DNA from: Eledone cirrhosa
Lineage: Eukaryota
Length of the DNA stretch: 64,000 nt
Assembly (NCBI GenBank): GCA_964016885.1
Contig: OZ024741.1
Coordinates: forward strand, 358,670,001 to 358,734,000
Direction: 5' to 3'
Of the stretch, positions 60,213 through 64,000 are shown one piece after another. The notes beneath the pieces are model-generated. The model did no database searches. It had not been told where the DNA came from and was given only the letters and a program-made list of their open reading frames with translations. The first letter of the stretch is position 1, and the number at the start of each line of letters is the position of its first letter. The position numbers were made by a program, and so were the translations under genes.

Positions 60213-60308
60213 ACCCCGACGGCTGAGCTCAAGCCGTTTCGACGGCTAATTCTGGACTAAATGAAAATTTTTATCCTGGTATATGAATAGCCGAGCTTCT
60301 CAGGGGGT
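60213..60308 (-). ncRNA. Type I hammerhead ribozyme-like motif with full stem III and GUC site
   Basis: Minus strand: ACCCC-CTGAGAA (G8>A)-G..CGGCTA...TAGCCG.C-GAAA-CGGCT TGAGCTC AGCCG-TC-GGGGT; stems I, II and III all pair. Confidence 0.6.
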
Positions 60309-61139
60309 AATTCCATATATGGTAAAAGTTATTGTCACAAGGATTGGTCAAAAGTTTGTTGTTGAGACACATAATTCTATCATGGCAATTTGTGGAGGGA
60401 AGGGGTAGCTGAACTTGCCAGTAGAAGAAAGAGGGAGAGGCAGTGGAGGAAACCCAACCGTGCGTTGATAGTGCCAACTACAGCAGAATCCTAAGGATAA
60501 GAGGTCAAGAGAAGACTAGGGAAGGGGAGGGGGAGGAAGTCGAAACAATAAGTAAAACAATATGGGGTAAATATATAGAAAAATACCGAGAATGTTAAAA
60601 AACAATTAAATGTAAAAAAAAAACAATTTCTGGTTACTATAACCTAAGGACAGCTATCAAGTCTCTCACTGGTACTGCTAGACTAAAGAAAGGTTTACTA
60701 GGTGGGACGGAATTATAATGAGGCCCTTTTAAGAGGTATAAGTAATCAACCGAGTATATCTTACGGTGACGGGTCAACGAGTGGGGGGCCAAAATACTAA
60801 AGAAACTACCACAAAATAATAATTCAGAGTCCCGAGACCAATACGAAATAAAGGATTCTACCCCACTACCCCAAGCACAAGGCCAGCAACCACCCAGTGT
60901 AAAAAAAATAAACTAATACGAAATAATAATTCAGAATCCCGAAAAAGAATACTAATACTATCTCTAAGGGTGCCGCCACGATACAAAAATTCTAGTGCAA
61001 ACTACATAAATGCTCGTACGAAGTATATGAAAAATTTGATACGGAAAATTAATTCAGAATCCACCCCCCCCAAAAAAAAAATAAATACTGATATACGAGA
61101 AATTAAAGCAAAGATACAACTAATAAATATAGAAAGCAC

Positions 61140-62040
61140 GGTTAAAAACACCTCCCTCCGCATATCTCGTTTGTCCGCTAATGAGCAGATATTCTAGGAA
61201 CATGCACCTTATTACAACCAGGCCCTCAAGCGGAGTGGTTTCCGGGAGGAAATATCCGACTGTCCAGCTTCCATTAGCGGGAACTGCAGGCGACACCGCC
61301 GCTCATGCAATGTAACATGGTTCAAACCTCCCTACAACGCCAAGGTGACAACTCCTATCGGGAAAATCTTCTTTAGGCTCATTGAAAAACACTTCCCACT
61401 ACAACACCGCTACCACAACATAATTAACAAAAATACCATCAAACTCTCCTACAGCACCACACCAAACTTTGCACAAAACATCGTCTCCTCTAACAACAAA
61501 AAACTCAACCTCTATGGAAGAAATAACCTAAATAGCAGTGGAGAGCCGACCAGGAGGTGCAACTGTCCCGATGGATCCATTTGCCCCCTCGACAACAGAT
61601 GCAGAGATCGTAATGTGATCTACCAGTGCAACGTGAGGATGGACACCTCCAACAAAGCTTATATAGGATTAACCGCATGTGACTTCAAGACCCGGCTATA
61701 CCAACACAGACATACTTCCGAAACCCGGCCCGGCGTCACGCCACTACACTTTCGGGCCAAATGGGACCTCAAGGATAACAATATTACCTATGATCTCACT
61801 TGGAGCTTACTGTCCAGAGCGAACTCTTACACGGGAGGACGCCGTCCGTGCAATTTATGCTCGGAGGCAACTTTACAAATGCTGTTTTCGACGGACCAAC
61901 TCCTAAACAAGAAAGATGAACTGGTAACTGCATGTAAACACAGATTGCGTAGGTCATACCTCGCCCTCAAACCCCATAAAGACCCCGGGGGGGTGGGGTA
62001 GACTAAAGCTATAACACCCCACTTGCCGACTTTGTAATGG
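61140..62040 (+). mobile_element. 5'-truncated Penelope-like element (thumb, W-x-x-PP linker, Cys finger, GIY-YIG; possibly Nematis-like)
   Basis: RISRLSANEQIF*..YNQALKRSGF, VTWFKPPY, KHFP..NKNTIKLSYS, CNC...CPLDNRC..NVIYQC...AYIGLT..FKTRLYQH, CNLCSE. Confidence 0.88.
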
Positions 62041-62065
62041 GTAACCCCTGCTTGCAAAGGTAGAC

Positions 62066-64000
62066 GTCTGTACTACCTGCTAACATATGTACATATACAC
62101 TATATATATATGATCAGCAGTTAACATCTGTACTACCTGCTAACATATGTACATATACACAATATATATATGATCAGCAGTTAACGTCTGTACTACCTGC
62201 TAACATATGTACATATACACTATATATATATGATGAGCAGTTAACATCTGTACTACCTGCTAACATATGTACATATACACTATATATATATAATCAGCAG
62301 TTAATGTCTGTACTACCTGCTAACATATGTATATATACACTATATATATATATATGATCAGCAGTTAACATCTGTACTACCTGCTAACATATGTACATAT
62401 ACACTATATATATATGATCAGCAGTTAATGTCTGTACTACCTGCTAACATATGTACGTATACACTATATATATATGATCAGCAGTTAACGTCTGTACTAC
62501 CTGCTAACATATGTACATATACACTATATATATATGATCAACAGTTAATGCCTGTACTACCTGCTAACATATGTACATATACACTATATATATATGATCA
62601 GCAGTTAATGCCTGTACTACATGCTAACATATGTACATATACACTATATATATGATCAGCAGTTAACATCTGTACTACCTGCTAACATATGTACATATAC
62701 ACTATATATATGATCAGCAGGTAACATCTGTACTACCTGCTAACATATGTACATATACACTATATATATATGATCAGCAGTTAACATCTGTACTACCTGC
62801 TAACATATGTACATATACACTATATATATGATCAGCAGTTAACATCTGTACTAGCTGCTAACATATGTACATATACACTATATATATGATCACCAGTTAA
62901 CGTCTGTACTACCTACTAATATATGTATATATACACTATATATATATATATGATCAGCAGTTAACATCTGTACTACCTGCTAACATATGTACATATACAC
63001 TATATATATATATATATGATCAGCAGTTGATGTCTGTACTACCTGCTAACATATGTACATATACACTATATATATGATCAGCAGTTAACATCTGTACTAC
63101 CTGCTAAAATATGTATATATACACTATATATATATATATATATATATATATGATCAGCAGTTAACATCTGTACTACCTGCTAAAATATGTATATATACAC
63201 TATATATATATATCTATGATCAGCAGTTAACATCTGTACTACCTGCTAACATATGTATATATACACTATATATATATATATGATCAGCAGTTAACATCTG
63301 CACTACCTGCTAACATATGTACATATACACTATATATATATGATCAGCAGTTAACATCTGTACTACCTGCTAACATATGTATATATACACTATATATATA
63401 TATATATATGATCAGCAGTTAACGTCTGTACTACCTGCTAACATATGTATATATAAACTATATATATATATATATATGATCAGCAGTTAATATCTGTACT
63501 ACCTGCTAACATATGTACATATACACTATATATATGATCAGCAGTTAACATCTGTACTACCTGCTAACATATGTACATATACACTATATATATATGATCA
63601 GCAGTTAACGTCTGTACTACCTGCTAACATATGTACATATACACTATATATATATGATCAGCAGTTAATGTCTGTACTACCTGCTAACATATGTACATAT
63701 ACACTATATATATATGATCAGCAGTTAACGTCTGTACTACCTGCTAACATATGTACATACACACTATATATATATGATCAGCAGTTAATGCCTGTACTAC
63801 CTGCTAACATATGTACATATACACTATATATATATGATCAGCAGTTAATGCCTGTACTACCTGCTAACATATGTACATATACACTATATATATGATCAGC
63901 AGTTAACATCTGTACTACCTGCTAACATATGTACATATACACTATATATATGATCAGCAGGTAACATCTGTACTACCTGCTAACATATGTACATATACAC
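62066..64000. repeat. ~58-80 bp satellite with a variable internal (TA)n, running off the window end
   Basis: Unit TCTGTACTACCTGCTAACATATGTACATATACAC(TA)nTGATCAGCAGTTAA(CA/CG/TG); higher-order repeat at offset 1240 (62428 vs 63668). Confidence 0.97.

Noticed and set aside
62428-63895. MSVLPANICTYTLYIYDQQL-repeat ORFs
   Set aside because: Satellite translations; the variable (TA)n shifts frame repeatedly.

Overview
Eukaryotic, AT-rich, repeat-dense animal DNA. The repeat repertoire and the CRISP-type exons suggest a mollusc, probably an octopus-like cephalopod; this is inference only. One host gene is recoverable on the + strand as six phase-1 exons (2311-2406, 4184-4300, 8108-8161, 8277-8321, 18371-18412, 32706-32800). 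They splice in frame to EGF-like domain + ShKT-like domain + Ser/Thr/Pro stalk + GPI-type hydrophobic tail, i.e. the 3' part of a probable membrane-tethered CRISP/CAP-family protein whose 5' exons lie upstream of the window. The rest is transposon debris and satellites: three Helitrons, several RTE LINE fragments, a CRE-like RLE LINE fragment, several Penelope-like element (PLE) fragments, a DD37D maT, a DD34D mariner, piggyBac-type MITEs, two solo LTRs, many tRNA-derived SINEs, and three large tandem arrays (60-bp, 48-bp and ~60-bp TA-variable). The giant ORFs at 10-18 kb are satellite artefacts. The most striking unannotated signal is a set of at least eight hammerhead-ribozyme-like motifs of several designs, some with long branched stem II, in PLE-type terminal repeats. 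All calls are by eye; no database search or folding program was run.
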